Position numbers and translations under genes: made by a program. A stretch of 63,657 nt of DNA from Clostridia bacterium (GTDB lineage: Bacteria > Bacillota > Clostridia > RUG12999): positions 1-63,657 of the forward strand of contig JAZNIU010000003.1 in NCBI GenBank assembly GCA_045577655.1, in the 5' to 3' direction. Below the pieces are notes generated by a model, which was not told where the DNA came from, did not search any database, and was given only the letters and a program-made list of their open reading frames with translations. Below, in pieces: positions 15,424-24,329 of the stretch (its first letter is position 1; each line of letters starts with the position of its first letter).

Positions 15424-16401
15424 TTCCCACTCTATCGTGCCTATCGGCTTGGGTGTGAGGTCTAAAAGCACACGGTTTATACCGTCAACTTCGTTTGTTA
15501 TTCTTTCGGTTATTTTATGAAGCACGTTGTAAGGAATTTCCTCTATTGTAGCTGTCATAGCATCGGTTGTATTAACCGCTCTTATGATAGCCGGCCAGCC
15601 TTCATATCTTTTACTGTCTTTTACGCCAACACTTTTCATATCGGGCACGGCAATGAAATACTGCCATACTTTGCCGGCAAGACCGCAGATTTCAAACTCT
15701 TCGCGTAGGATTGCATCTGCTTCTCTTAAAGCGTGGAGTCTGTCACGGGTGATTGCACCGAGACATCTGACACCAAGTCCCGGTCCCGGGAATGGCTGAC
15801 GGTAGACCATTTCTTTTGGAAGACCTAAAGCGTCGCCGACAACTCGTACTTCGTCTTTATACAGAAGTTTTACCGGTTCAACAAGTTCCATTTTCATGTC
15901 TTCGGGAAGTCCGCCAACATTGTGGTGAGCTTTTACGCCGTCGCTCTCCAAAATATCGGGATAGATTGTTCCCTGAGCAAGAAAATCAATGCCTTCAAGC
16001 TTTTTAGCTTCTTCGTTAAACACTTCAATGAATTCATTGCCGATAATTTTACGTTTTTTCTCGGGTTCTGCAACACCTGCAAGCAGATTTAAAAATCTGT
16101 CTGTTGCATCAATGTATATAAGATTTGCGTCAAGCTCTTTACCAAAAACTTCAACAACCTGTTCGCTCTCGCCTTTTCTCATAAGCCCATGGTTAACATG
16201 AACACAAACAAGCTGTTTGCCGATTGCTTTGATTAAAAGTGCAGCAACAACAGACGAGTCAACCCCGCCGGAAAGTGCAAGCAGAACTTTTTTGTCTCCC
16301 ACCTGGGTGCGAATTTCTTTAATCTGTTCATCTATGAACGCGTTTGCAAGTTCCACTGTTGTTATTCTTGTCATATTTTCAGGTCTTTTATTGTTTGACA
16401 T
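15421..16401 (-). CDS. guaA: GMP synthase, ATP-pyrophosphatase/dimerisation part only (no glutamine amidotransferase domain)
   Basis: It has the PP-loop LALSGGVDSSV, the GMP synthase C-terminal domain and the canonical end ...KPIGTIEWE. Start is placed at MSNNKRP (ATG 16399-16401, RBS GGAGG 9 nt upstream). The track ORF starts 7 codons earlier, at 16422, without an RBS. Confidence 0.88.
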   Translation of the reverse strand: MSNNKRPENMTRITTVELANAFIDEQIKEIRTQVGDKKVLLALSGGVDSSVVAALLIKAIGKQLVCVHVNHGLMRKGESEQVVEVFGKELDANLIYIDATDRFLNLLAGVAEPEKKRKIIGNEFIEVFNEEAKKLEGIDFLAQGTIYPDILESDGVKAHHNVGGLPEDMKMELVEPVKLLYKDEVRVVGDALGLPKEMVYRQPFPGPGLGVRCLGAITRDRLHALREADAILREEFEICGLAGKVWQYFIAVPDMKSVGVKDSKRYEGWPAIIRAVNTTDAMTATIEEIPYNVLHKITERITNEVDGINRVLLDLTPKPIGTIEWE

Positions 16402-16424
16402 AGCTTTTTCCTCCGTAAACATTC

Positions 16425-17621
16425 TTAGTTTGTATAGTTATCAAAATAGCCCTGAACAAGAACAACAGGAGTTCCTTTATCCCCCGAGCCGCTTGTAAGG
16501 TCGCAAAGCGAACCTATAAGGTCGGTGAACTGACGAGGTGTTGTCCCCTGTGCCGCCATATTTCCCACAAGGTTGTCCCCTTTTGCTTTAATACTTTCGG
16601 AAATAGCTTTTTTAAGCTCGTCACCCTTAAGGTCTTTATAGTCGTTATCTGCAAGATATTTAAGTTTAAGTTCGTTAGGTGTTCCAACAAGCCCGTCTGT
16701 ATACGCCGGAGAAACTACCGGGTCTGCAAGCTCCCAGATTTTGCCCTGAGGGTCTTTGAACGCACCATCGCCATATACCATAACTTCCACCTTTTTGCCG
16801 GTAGCATCAAACACTTTTTTCTGAATATCAAACACAAGGTCGCGGCAGTCGCGCGGGAAAAGTTTTATTTTGTCTTCAGTTGATTTGTTTGAACCTAAAA
16901 GACCATATTTTTCGTTATAACCGCTGCCGTTTACCGGTGCATTTAAAATTTCGTCAAGTCCTAAAACAACTTTTGCGCCTGCAGCTTTTAAAATGCGTTT
17001 TGTGCGGGCACGGGTGTGGATGTCGCAAGTTAAAACACAGTCTGTATAATTTAATATCGCTTTTGCCTGATTTGCAAAAACAACTTCAACTTCTGCTCCA
17101 CATTCACGGATTATGTTTGCATAATATTCAACATAGTCAATACCTGTAAACTCGTGAATAGGTGCACCGAAAACCTCTCTGTATCTTTCAAGAGAAAGAA
17201 CGTCTGAATAGGGGTTAATTCCCGCCTCATCAATTTTGTCAAGACTTACAAGCCCGTTTCCAACCTCGTCAGACGGGTAGCTGAGCATGAGAACAATTTT
17301 CTCCGCTGCTTTTGCAATTCCTCTTAAACAAATTGCAAAACGGTTTCTGGAAAGTATCGGAAAAATAACACCAACAGTTTTCCCACCCATTTTATTTTTA
17401 ATGTCTGCGGCAATATCATCAACAGTGGCATAGTTGCCCTGCGCTCTTGCAACAATTGATTCTGTAATGGAAATTACATCTTTTTCACGAATGTCAAAAC
17501 CTTCGCATTCTGCTGCTTCAAGCACGCTGTCTGTAACAATAGCCGCCAGGTCGTCTCCCTCTCTGATTATGGGGCAACGGATACCTCTGGACACTGTTCC
17601 TGTTCTTCTTTCTTTTTCCAT
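16425..17621 (-). CDS. CofE-like (F420-0:gamma-glutamyl ligase family) protein, long form
   Basis: 398 aa. The N-terminal pattern PIIREGDDLAAIV....DVISITESIVARAQGNY is typical of the CofE/FbiB ligase fold. RBS is AGGAAGTGA. Confidence 0.6.
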   Translation of the reverse strand: MEKERRTGTVSRGIRCPIIREGDDLAAIVTDSVLEAAECEGFDIREKDVISITESIVARAQGNYATVDDIAADIKNKMGGKTVGVIFPILSRNRFAICLRGIAKAAEKIVLMLSYPSDEVGNGLVSLDKIDEAGINPYSDVLSLERYREVFGAPIHEFTGIDYVEYYANIIRECGAEVEVVFANQAKAILNYTDCVLTCDIHTRARTKRILKAAGAKVVLGLDEILNAPVNGSGYNEKYGLLGSNKSTEDKIKLFPRDCRDLVFDIQKKVFDATGKKVEVMVYGDGAFKDPQGKIWELADPVVSPAYTDGLVGTPNELKLKYLADNDYKDLKGDELKKAISESIKAKGDNLVGNMAAQGTTPRQFTDLIGSLCDLTSGSGDKGTPVVLVQGYFDNYTN

Positions 17622-17720
17622 AAAGCAATCACTTCCTAAAATATATAAGATTAAATTTTAAACTATAATAAAAAACACCTTTATAATATACCACTTTTTT
17701 ACAAAATATTCAATAGGAAA

Positions 17721-20102
17721 TTAAGATTTTTTTAATTTTTCTGCAAATCTTACCATTTCCATAGCATCAGCAGCATATTTATCTGCACCTATTGCTGAGG
17801 CATATTCCTCGGTCAAAACGGCTCCGCCCACAACCACCGGACAGTCCGGCTTTTTCTCTTTCATCAGTTTGATGGTTTCCTCCATAGCGGGAACTGTTGT
17901 GGTCATAAGAGCACTCAGTCCCACAATTGCAGCATTTGATTTTACCGCCTCGCTCACAATAGTTTCAGGGGGCACATCTTTTCCAAGGTCTATAACCTTG
18001 TACCCATAATTTTCCATCAGAAGTTTTACAATGTTTTTGCCGATATCGTGGATGTCCCCTTTTACTGTCGCAAGAACAACCGGGCCTTTTTCCGCACTGC
18101 TATTTTCTGCAGACATTGAATTTTTTATTTCTTCAAACGCCCACTTTGCTGCTTCTGCGCTCATCAGCAGTTGCGGCAGATAGAGCTTTTTCTGTTCGTA
18201 ACTTACGCCCACTTTATCAAGTGCCGGAACAATTTTGTTTGCAACTATATCCATAGCATCCATACTTGTTAAAAGTCTGGCAGTTTCTGCTGCGGCATTT
18301 TCCTTCAACCCTTTTATAATGCAGTTTTCAAGGTCCTGCGGCACATCTTTTGAAATGCTATCGTTCCCCTTTTCGCCAAAAGAATCGGAAAACTCAATAT
18401 ATTCAGCAAAATTTTCATCAAGCCCCGCAAGTGCACAATATGAGTGATAGGTTTTAAGCATACTGTCTGAATAGGGGTTCATAATGGCACCGGAAAGCCC
18501 TTTCTGCAGTGCCATAGCAAAAAATGTACTGTTTATGCTGTCCCTTTCGGGCAAACCGAAAGATATATTCGAAACCCCGAGCGACGTATGACAACCCATC
18601 TTATTTTTAATTATTTCAAGCGAGTTTAAAGTTGTTTCTGCAGCTTTTGCGTCCGCACTCACCGCCATTGCAAGAGTATCAAATATAATATCTTTTGGAT
18701 ATATGCCATATTTTTTTGCTTCACAAAGTATTTTTTCTGCAATTTTCACTCTGCCCGAAACACTGTTTGGAATTCCGTTTTCGTCAAGCGTGAGCGCAAC
18801 AACAAGACCGCCATATTTTTTCACAAGCGGGAAAACCTTGTCCATACTTTCTTTTTTGCCGTTAACGGAATTTATCATTGCTTTGCCGTTATATCTGCGA
18901 AGTGCAGATTCCATCGCATCAACATCCGACGTGTCTATCTGAAGAGGCAGATTTATAACCGGCTGAATTTCGCACACAGCGCGGGTCAGCATTTCTTTTT
19001 CGTCAATTCCCGGCATACCTACATTAACGTCAAGTATATGTGCGCCCTTTTCCTGCTGGTTTATACCTTCTCTTAAGATATAACCTATATCATTTTCCAG
19101 CAGTGCTTCTTTAAATCTTTTCTTGCCTGTGGGGTTTATTCTTTCGCCTATCAACACCGGTTTTTTATCAAAGCTGACAGTATGCGTGTAGGAAGAAGCC
19201 CAGGTAAGATTTTTTTCTGTTATTTCCTTTGCTTTAACACCCGAAACCGCTTTTGAAAGTGCTTCTATATATTCTGGCGTTGTTCCGCAGCATCCGCCCA
19301 GAACTCGTGCGCCCGATTCTGCAAGTTTTTTTACTTCCTCCGCAAATTCTTCCGGCAGAACGTCATATCTCGTTTTTCCGTTTTCATTTTTGGGAAGTCC
19401 CGCATTTGGTTTTATAATTACGGGAACTGAAGCACATTTTAACATTTTAAGTATTACTTCCGACAGTGCTTTGGGACCCAGCGAGCAGTTCGCTCCAACA
19501 GCATTTGCGCCCATAGCTTCAAGCATGCACACCATAGCTTCAGGACTTGCTCCTGTCATAAGTTTTCCGTCTGCTCCGTAGGCGTTGGAAACAAACACCG
19601 GCAGGTTGCAGTTTTCTTTTGCTGCAAGAAGTGCTGCTTTTGTTTCGTAGCTGTCGTTCATTGTTTCAATGAACACAAGGTCAGCGCCATATTTTGCACC
19701 CAGTTTTATTGTATTTGCAAAAAGGCTCACTGCCTCTTCAAAATCAAAATCTCCGTAAGGTTTTAAAAGTTTGCCGGACGGTCCGACATCAAGTGCAACA
19801 AACTTATTTTGTCTGCCTTTTGAAAGTTCTGCCGCTCTGCGGGCATTTTTCATCGCCGCTTCTATGATTTTTTCAAGTTTTTCTTCCGGAAACTTTAAAA
19901 TATTTGCACCAAAAGTGTTGGTACAGACAACATTGCTGCCTGCATCAAAATAAGCCTTGTGAATATCGCAGATAATGTCCGGATGGGACAGATTCCATTC
20001 TTCGGGAAACTCGCCGGGTTTAAGCCCTTTGCTTTGAAGCATGGTGCCCATACTGCCATCTAAAATAACTATATTATTTTTAAGAAAAGATAAAATGTCC
20101 AT
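17721..20102 (-). CDS. metH: methionine synthase core (homocysteine S-methyltransferase + pterin-binding + B12 cap + B12-binding domains), lacking the reactivation domain
   Basis: 793 aa. The Hcy domain has ILDGSMGT and GGCCGTTPEYI, followed by a pterin-binding TIM barrel. The B12-binding domain has GDIHDIGKNIV and MTTTV. Confidence 0.9.
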   Translation of the reverse strand: MDILSFLKNNIVILDGSMGTMLQSKGLKPGEFPEEWNLSHPDIICDIHKAYFDAGSNVVCTNTFGANILKFPEEKLEKIIEAAMKNARRAAELSKGRQNKFVALDVGPSGKLLKPYGDFDFEEAVSLFANTIKLGAKYGADLVFIETMNDSYETKAALLAAKENCNLPVFVSNAYGADGKLMTGASPEAMVCMLEAMGANAVGANCSLGPKALSEVILKMLKCASVPVIIKPNAGLPKNENGKTRYDVLPEEFAEEVKKLAESGARVLGGCCGTTPEYIEALSKAVSGVKAKEITEKNLTWASSYTHTVSFDKKPVLIGERINPTGKKRFKEALLENDIGYILREGINQQEKGAHILDVNVGMPGIDEKEMLTRAVCEIQPVINLPLQIDTSDVDAMESALRRYNGKAMINSVNGKKESMDKVFPLVKKYGGLVVALTLDENGIPNSVSGRVKIAEKILCEAKKYGIYPKDIIFDTLAMAVSADAKAAETTLNSLEIIKNKMGCHTSLGVSNISFGLPERDSINSTFFAMALQKGLSGAIMNPYSDSMLKTYHSYCALAGLDENFAEYIEFSDSFGEKGNDSISKDVPQDLENCIIKGLKENAAAETARLLTSMDAMDIVANKIVPALDKVGVSYEQKKLYLPQLLMSAEAAKWAFEEIKNSMSAENSSAEKGPVVLATVKGDIHDIGKNIVKLLMENYGYKVIDLGKDVPPETIVSEAVKSNAAIVGLSALMTTTVPAMEETIKLMKEKKPDCPVVVGGAVLTEEYASAIGADKYAADAMEMVRFAEKLKKS

Positions 20103-20677
20103 TATTTTCTCCCACCTATACCAACTATTGCCGTAACCGATTTTGTCGGCGACATGAGCATACTTTCATTCAGCGACAGTCCTATTTTTCTTGAACAGTC
20201 AAGCAGAGCGAAAATCTCCTTCTGACAGCCAATATTAAAATCGCCATAACCCGGGCTAATCCGCGGAAAAACCTTGCAAAACTCTTTTTTAAGGTCATCA
20301 CAAAAAGCGTCACAAAGTGTTTCTATTCTTTCAGCGCCTATTGCCTGAAAAACAACCGCTTTCGCAGCCGATATACTGCTGTATTTTGCTATCAGCCTGT
20401 CAGGCAAAATACCAACTGTAGCTGCAAACAGAACAATATTTTCGCAGTCTGAAAGGCATTTTTTTACTGTGCTGCTTTCGGCTATCCATTTTTGTACCAT
20501 TTCATTTTCTACATGCAAATTAAGATAGCACACCCGCATATCCGGCAAACTGCCAAGCTCTGAAATGCACTCGTCAACAAGCTCTTTTATGGCAGGATCT
20601 TCCCCCGTCATTCCAAGATACCTGAAAATTTCTTTTTTGTTATATTCCGGTTCCGCATAATTTTTAATAAAAACCAT
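20102..20677 (-). CDS. stand-alone methionine synthase reactivation (AdoMet-binding activation) domain protein
   Basis: 191 aa. Its start and stop overlap metF and metH by 1 nt each. The N-terminus (EPEYNKKEIFRYLGM...) and the C-terminal SPGYGDF...LNESMLMSPTKSVTAIVGI resemble the MetH activation-domain family. Confidence 0.7.
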   Translation of the reverse strand: MVFIKNYAEPEYNKKEIFRYLGMTGEDPAIKELVDECISELGSLPDMRVCYLNLHVENEMVQKWIAESSTVKKCLSDCENIVLFAATVGILPDRLIAKYSSISAAKAVVFQAIGAERIETLCDAFCDDLKKEFCKVFPRISPGYGDFNIGCQKEIFALLDCSRKIGLSLNESMLMSPTKSVTAIVGIGGRK

Positions 20678-21555
20678 TATTTCCCCAAAATATCCGACAG
20701 GTTGCTCTGTATTTTCCGTGCAACCTCCGGTTTGTTCATTGAATAAACATGAACATTTGTAATATTATTTGCAAAAAGGTCGATAATCTGGTCGGTAGAA
20801 TAAGCAATACCCGCCTGCATCATAGCTGCTGGGTCATGACCAAATTTATCTACAAGACTTTTAAATCTTCGGGGCATAAAAGAACCGGAAAGCTTTATTG
20901 CTCGTTCAATTTGATTTGCATTTGTAATTGGCATAATTCCTGCAACAACGGGAACTGTTATCCCCGCTTCTCTTATTTTATACAGAAAATTATACAAAAG
21001 ATTATTATCAAAAAACATCTGGGTTGTTAAAAAATCGCACCCTGCATCCACTTTTTCTTTTAGATGTTTTATATCTTCCTTCTGATTTTTGCTTTCGGGA
21101 TGAATTTCGGGGTAGCAGGCTCCGCCAATGCACAAATCCTTGTCATTTTCTCTCAGCTCGCGGACAAGGTCAACAGCATATTTATAGTCCCATTCATCTT
21201 TGTTTGCACTGTCCATACCCTCCGGAATATCTCCTCTTAACGCCATAACATTTTTTATTCCGGCACGTTTGATTTCGTCGATTCTTTCGCAGACAGTCTG
21301 TTTGGAAGATGAAACACAGGTAAGATGTGCAAGAGTGGAAACACCATATCTGTCTTTTATATTTTTTGCAATATCCAGGGTATATTTGCTTGTGCCGCCG
21401 CCAGCTCCGTATGTAACGCTCATAAAAGCAGGTTTAAGGCGTGCAATTTCCTCTGTTGCCTCTTTCACACTTTCGAAGGAACTGTCTGTTTTGGGCGGAA
21501 AAACTTCAAAAGATAATGACAGTTCATCCTTTTTCAAATAGTCTGATAATTTCAT
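20677..21555 (-). CDS. metF: methylenetetrahydrofolate reductase
   Basis: 292 aa with SFEVFPPKT, SVTYGAGG and HLTC motifs. Confidence 0.9.
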   Translation of the reverse strand: MKLSDYLKKDELSLSFEVFPPKTDSSFESVKEATEEIARLKPAFMSVTYGAGGGTSKYTLDIAKNIKDRYGVSTLAHLTCVSSSKQTVCERIDEIKRAGIKNVMALRGDIPEGMDSANKDEWDYKYAVDLVRELRENDKDLCIGGACYPEIHPESKNQKEDIKHLKEKVDAGCDFLTTQMFFDNNLLYNFLYKIREAGITVPVVAGIMPITNANQIERAIKLSGSFMPRRFKSLVDKFGHDPAAMMQAGIAYSTDQIIDLFANNITNVHVYSMNKPEVARKIQSNLSDILGK

Positions 21556-21583
21556 GGTTTCACCCTCTTTAAAAGATATATAA

Positions 21584-23185
21584 TCACTGTAATTTATCCG
21601 GTTTACCTACTTTTTTGTCAGGATATGACACAAGATAAGTCTCCCCTTTAAAAGAATATGCTTTGACGTGTTTGTGTCTTTCGGAAAATTTTACTTTTGA
21701 CAGTTTTGGAAATTCTGCCGAAATGTCATCTTCCGACAAATAAAGGTTAAGCTTTTTCTTGTCAACTTTTCCGCCCTCGTCAAGCCACGAGGGGTTGTTT
21801 CCCCCACGGCAACTTAAAAAATAATCTTTTAAAAGCTCTTTTTCAAGCCCAATCCTGCAGACAAACCCGTAGAGATTTTCAAACCTTGTGCTTTTTTGTG
21901 CAGGAGCGTTAAGAAACCCTTTTTCAAGCATATAGTCGCTCAGCTTTTCAAAAAAGTCAAATGGGGTATCATATTTGGAAATAAGCTTTTGCTCGCTGAA
22001 TTTAAGCATTCCCGAGTTATGATATATGTCAAGAACAGCTTCAATGTTTTTAAGTTTTATAACATCTTCCATACTGAGATATTTGTTCGAAATAATCTCG
22101 TATGGTGCAAACTCGTCATAAACCATTTTATGTTCCTGCGCCACCTTGCTTATATCTGTCCCGGGAAGCACTTTCAAAAAGCCAAGTTGCAGCTCGTCCG
22201 GTCCAAGTGAAAAAGCAAAATTAAAGCTTTCTTTAAAGCTTTCAATATCCTCATAGGGCAGCCCTGCTATCAAATCAAGATGCACCACTGTGCCCGTCTT
22301 TTTTATACTTTTTATGTTCTTTTCAACAAGGTCAAAATCGCACTTTCTGCTGACTGCCGCAAGCGTCTTTTCATTTCTGCTCTGCAGCCCTGCTTCAAGC
22401 CGCACTTTTCCCTCTTTCATATTTGCAAGAACAGATATAAACCGGTCGTCTATACTGTCCGGATTTATTTCCAGATGAAACTGTGTGTCGCCTTTTAACT
22501 CATTTATAATCTCCAGGAGTTTTATGCTTCTTTTAATGTCCGAATTAAATGTTCTGTCAACAAATTTTACAAGCTTTACATTTGCCTCCGCAAACCTTTC
22601 AAGCTCGGCCTGCACCTGTTCCACCGGCTTGTATCTTACTCCCTTGTCTATACAGGAAAGACAATAGCTGCAGTTATAGGGGCACCCTCTTGAGCTTTCA
22701 TAATAGAAAATGCGTTCGGATTCTTTTAAATCCTCGTCACTGTAGATAAACCCAATTTCCGAAAGGTCTGTTTTTTCTCCCACAATTACCTTGTCGCAAA
22801 TACCGTTTTTCACAAGTTCAAAAGTGGCTTTTTCTCCCTCTCCCGAAATTATGTGGTCTATAAAAGTATTTTCATTCAGAATTTTTTCGGCGTTGCAATA
22901 TGCCTCCGGTCCGCCAAGAACAATTTTTCGGTCCGGGCAGGCTTTTTTCACTGTCTGAGCAAGTTTTAAGATATATTCTGAGTTCCATATATAGCAGGAA
23001 AACGCAACATATTTCGACGATATGGAAACAATTTTTGCAGCAGCTCTGTGCATTTCCTCCTTGTCAGTAAGCTCCACAATATGAGAAGAAAGCCCTCTCT
23101 TTTCTATGTAGTATTTTATGCTTCTGACAGCAGGGTTTGTATGAATATATTTTGAGTTAACCGCTACAAAAACTATATCCGTCAT
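21584..23185 (-). CDS. B12-binding-domain radical SAM protein (DUF4080-type C-terminus)
   Basis: 533 aa. An N-terminal Rossmann-like B12-binding region (IVFVAVNSKYIHTNPAV) is followed by the CxxxCxxC cluster SSRGCPYNCSYCLS and a C-terminal extension. Confidence 0.8.
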   Translation of the reverse strand: MTDIVFVAVNSKYIHTNPAVRSIKYYIEKRGLSSHIVELTDKEEMHRAAAKIVSISSKYVAFSCYIWNSEYILKLAQTVKKACPDRKIVLGGPEAYCNAEKILNENTFIDHIISGEGEKATFELVKNGICDKVIVGEKTDLSEIGFIYSDEDLKESERIFYYESSRGCPYNCSYCLSCIDKGVRYKPVEQVQAELERFAEANVKLVKFVDRTFNSDIKRSIKLLEIINELKGDTQFHLEINPDSIDDRFISVLANMKEGKVRLEAGLQSRNEKTLAAVSRKCDFDLVEKNIKSIKKTGTVVHLDLIAGLPYEDIESFKESFNFAFSLGPDELQLGFLKVLPGTDISKVAQEHKMVYDEFAPYEIISNKYLSMEDVIKLKNIEAVLDIYHNSGMLKFSEQKLISKYDTPFDFFEKLSDYMLEKGFLNAPAQKSTRFENLYGFVCRIGLEKELLKDYFLSCRGGNNPSWLDEGGKVDKKKLNLYLSEDDISAEFPKLSKVKFSERHKHVKAYSFKGETYLVSYPDKKVGKPDKLQ

Positions 23186-23640
23186 CTTTTCTCCTTAAAA
23201 AAAACTGTTAAAAGTTTTTTGCACTTTTCTTCCATAACTCCGCCTTCAAACAATACTTTGTGCGGAAATTTGTAATCATAAAACAAATTAAAAACAGAGC
23301 CCACCGCTCCACTTTTATCTTCGTAAGCACCAAAGGTAACCTTGCGGAGTCTTGCCTGTAGAATTGCACCGGCACACATGGGGCAAGGCTCAAGTGTAAC
23401 ATAAATGTCGCACCCGTCAAGAAAAGGTGTGCCCAGTTTTTCGCAGGCTTTTGAAATTGCTTCCGTTTCAGCATGAGAAACTGCCTGTTTTTCTTTTTCT
23501 CTTATGTTTCTACCTCTCGCAATAATTTCTCCATCTTTTACAATAACTGCACCAACCGGAACATCTTCCGTTTCAAAGCAAAGCATTGCCTCTTTCAGCG
23601 CCTCTTCCATATAAAAATTTTTATCTTTCATTTCCGGCAC
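23182..23640 (-). CDS. tadA: tRNA adenosine(34) deaminase
   Basis: 152 aa with the deaminase motifs HAETEAI and TLEPCPMCAGA. Confidence 0.92.
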   Translation of the reverse strand: MPEMKDKNFYMEEALKEAMLCFETEDVPVGAVIVKDGEIIARGRNIREKEKQAVSHAETEAISKACEKLGTPFLDGCDIYVTLEPCPMCAGAILQARLRKVTFGAYEDKSGAVGSVFNLFYDYKFPHKVLFEGGVMEEKCKKLLTVFFKEKR

Positions 23641-24216
23641 CTATATCTCGTCCAGAGTGAGCGAATATGCAGGTATAAAGTTTTCTATGAAATAGTCTGC
23701 TTCGGGGCAAGCCATCTTTTTCAGCGATTTAAGCGTTGCCTCTTTTGCTTTTGAAAACTCTTTATTGCCGGCATTTTCTTCCTCTATGCACTTTGTATAT
23801 GCCGACAGCTTGTCCGCTGCTTTTACAAGTTTGTTTATTTCCTTGTCATCGCAGAAAAATATTTCTTGGTACACTATTTTGAATTCTTCCGGCAATTTTT
23901 CAAGAAGCTTGTTTTTAGCAGCATCTTCTATGTCCTTATATGCATTTATAATCTCTGTATTTTTATATTTAACGGGCGTTGGCATATCTCCTGTTATAAT
24001 TTCGCTCATATCGTGATAAATTGCAATAAGAGCCGTTTTTTCGGGGGAAATACTACCGCCAAAAATTTGGTTGTTTATAACGGCAAGAGCATGCGCTATC
24101 ATGCTCACTTCCAGACTGTGCTGACTTATGTTTTCCTGATAGGTATTTCGCATAAGTCCCCATCTGTTAATGAATTTCATCCTCGATGCCATTGCAAAAA
24201 AACTTTTACTGTTCAT
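23641..24216 (-). CDS. HD-domain 5'-deoxynucleotidase (YfbR-like)
   Basis: 191 aa with RWGLMRN...ENISQHSLEV...YHDMSEIITGDMPTPVKY. Confidence 0.8.
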   Translation of the reverse strand: MNSKSFFAMASRMKFINRWGLMRNTYQENISQHSLEVSMIAHALAVINNQIFGGSISPEKTALIAIYHDMSEIITGDMPTPVKYKNTEIINAYKDIEDAAKNKLLEKLPEEFKIVYQEIFFCDDKEINKLVKAADKLSAYTKCIEEENAGNKEFSKAKEATLKSLKKMACPEADYFIENFIPAYSLTLDEI

Positions 24217-24329
24217 ATCCTCACTTCCTTATATATTTATAGTACCAATTATGCCCTTTAAAGTCAAGTAAATTTATTGTGGACATATCAATTTTTATGT
24301 GGTATACTTATACCCGACAGGTGATTATT

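Noticed and set aside
21556-21583. I looked for a SAM riboswitch or T-box leader in front of metF and metH.
   Set aside because: The gap is 28 bp and contains only an RBS. The genes upstream are contiguous or overlapping up to 24216.
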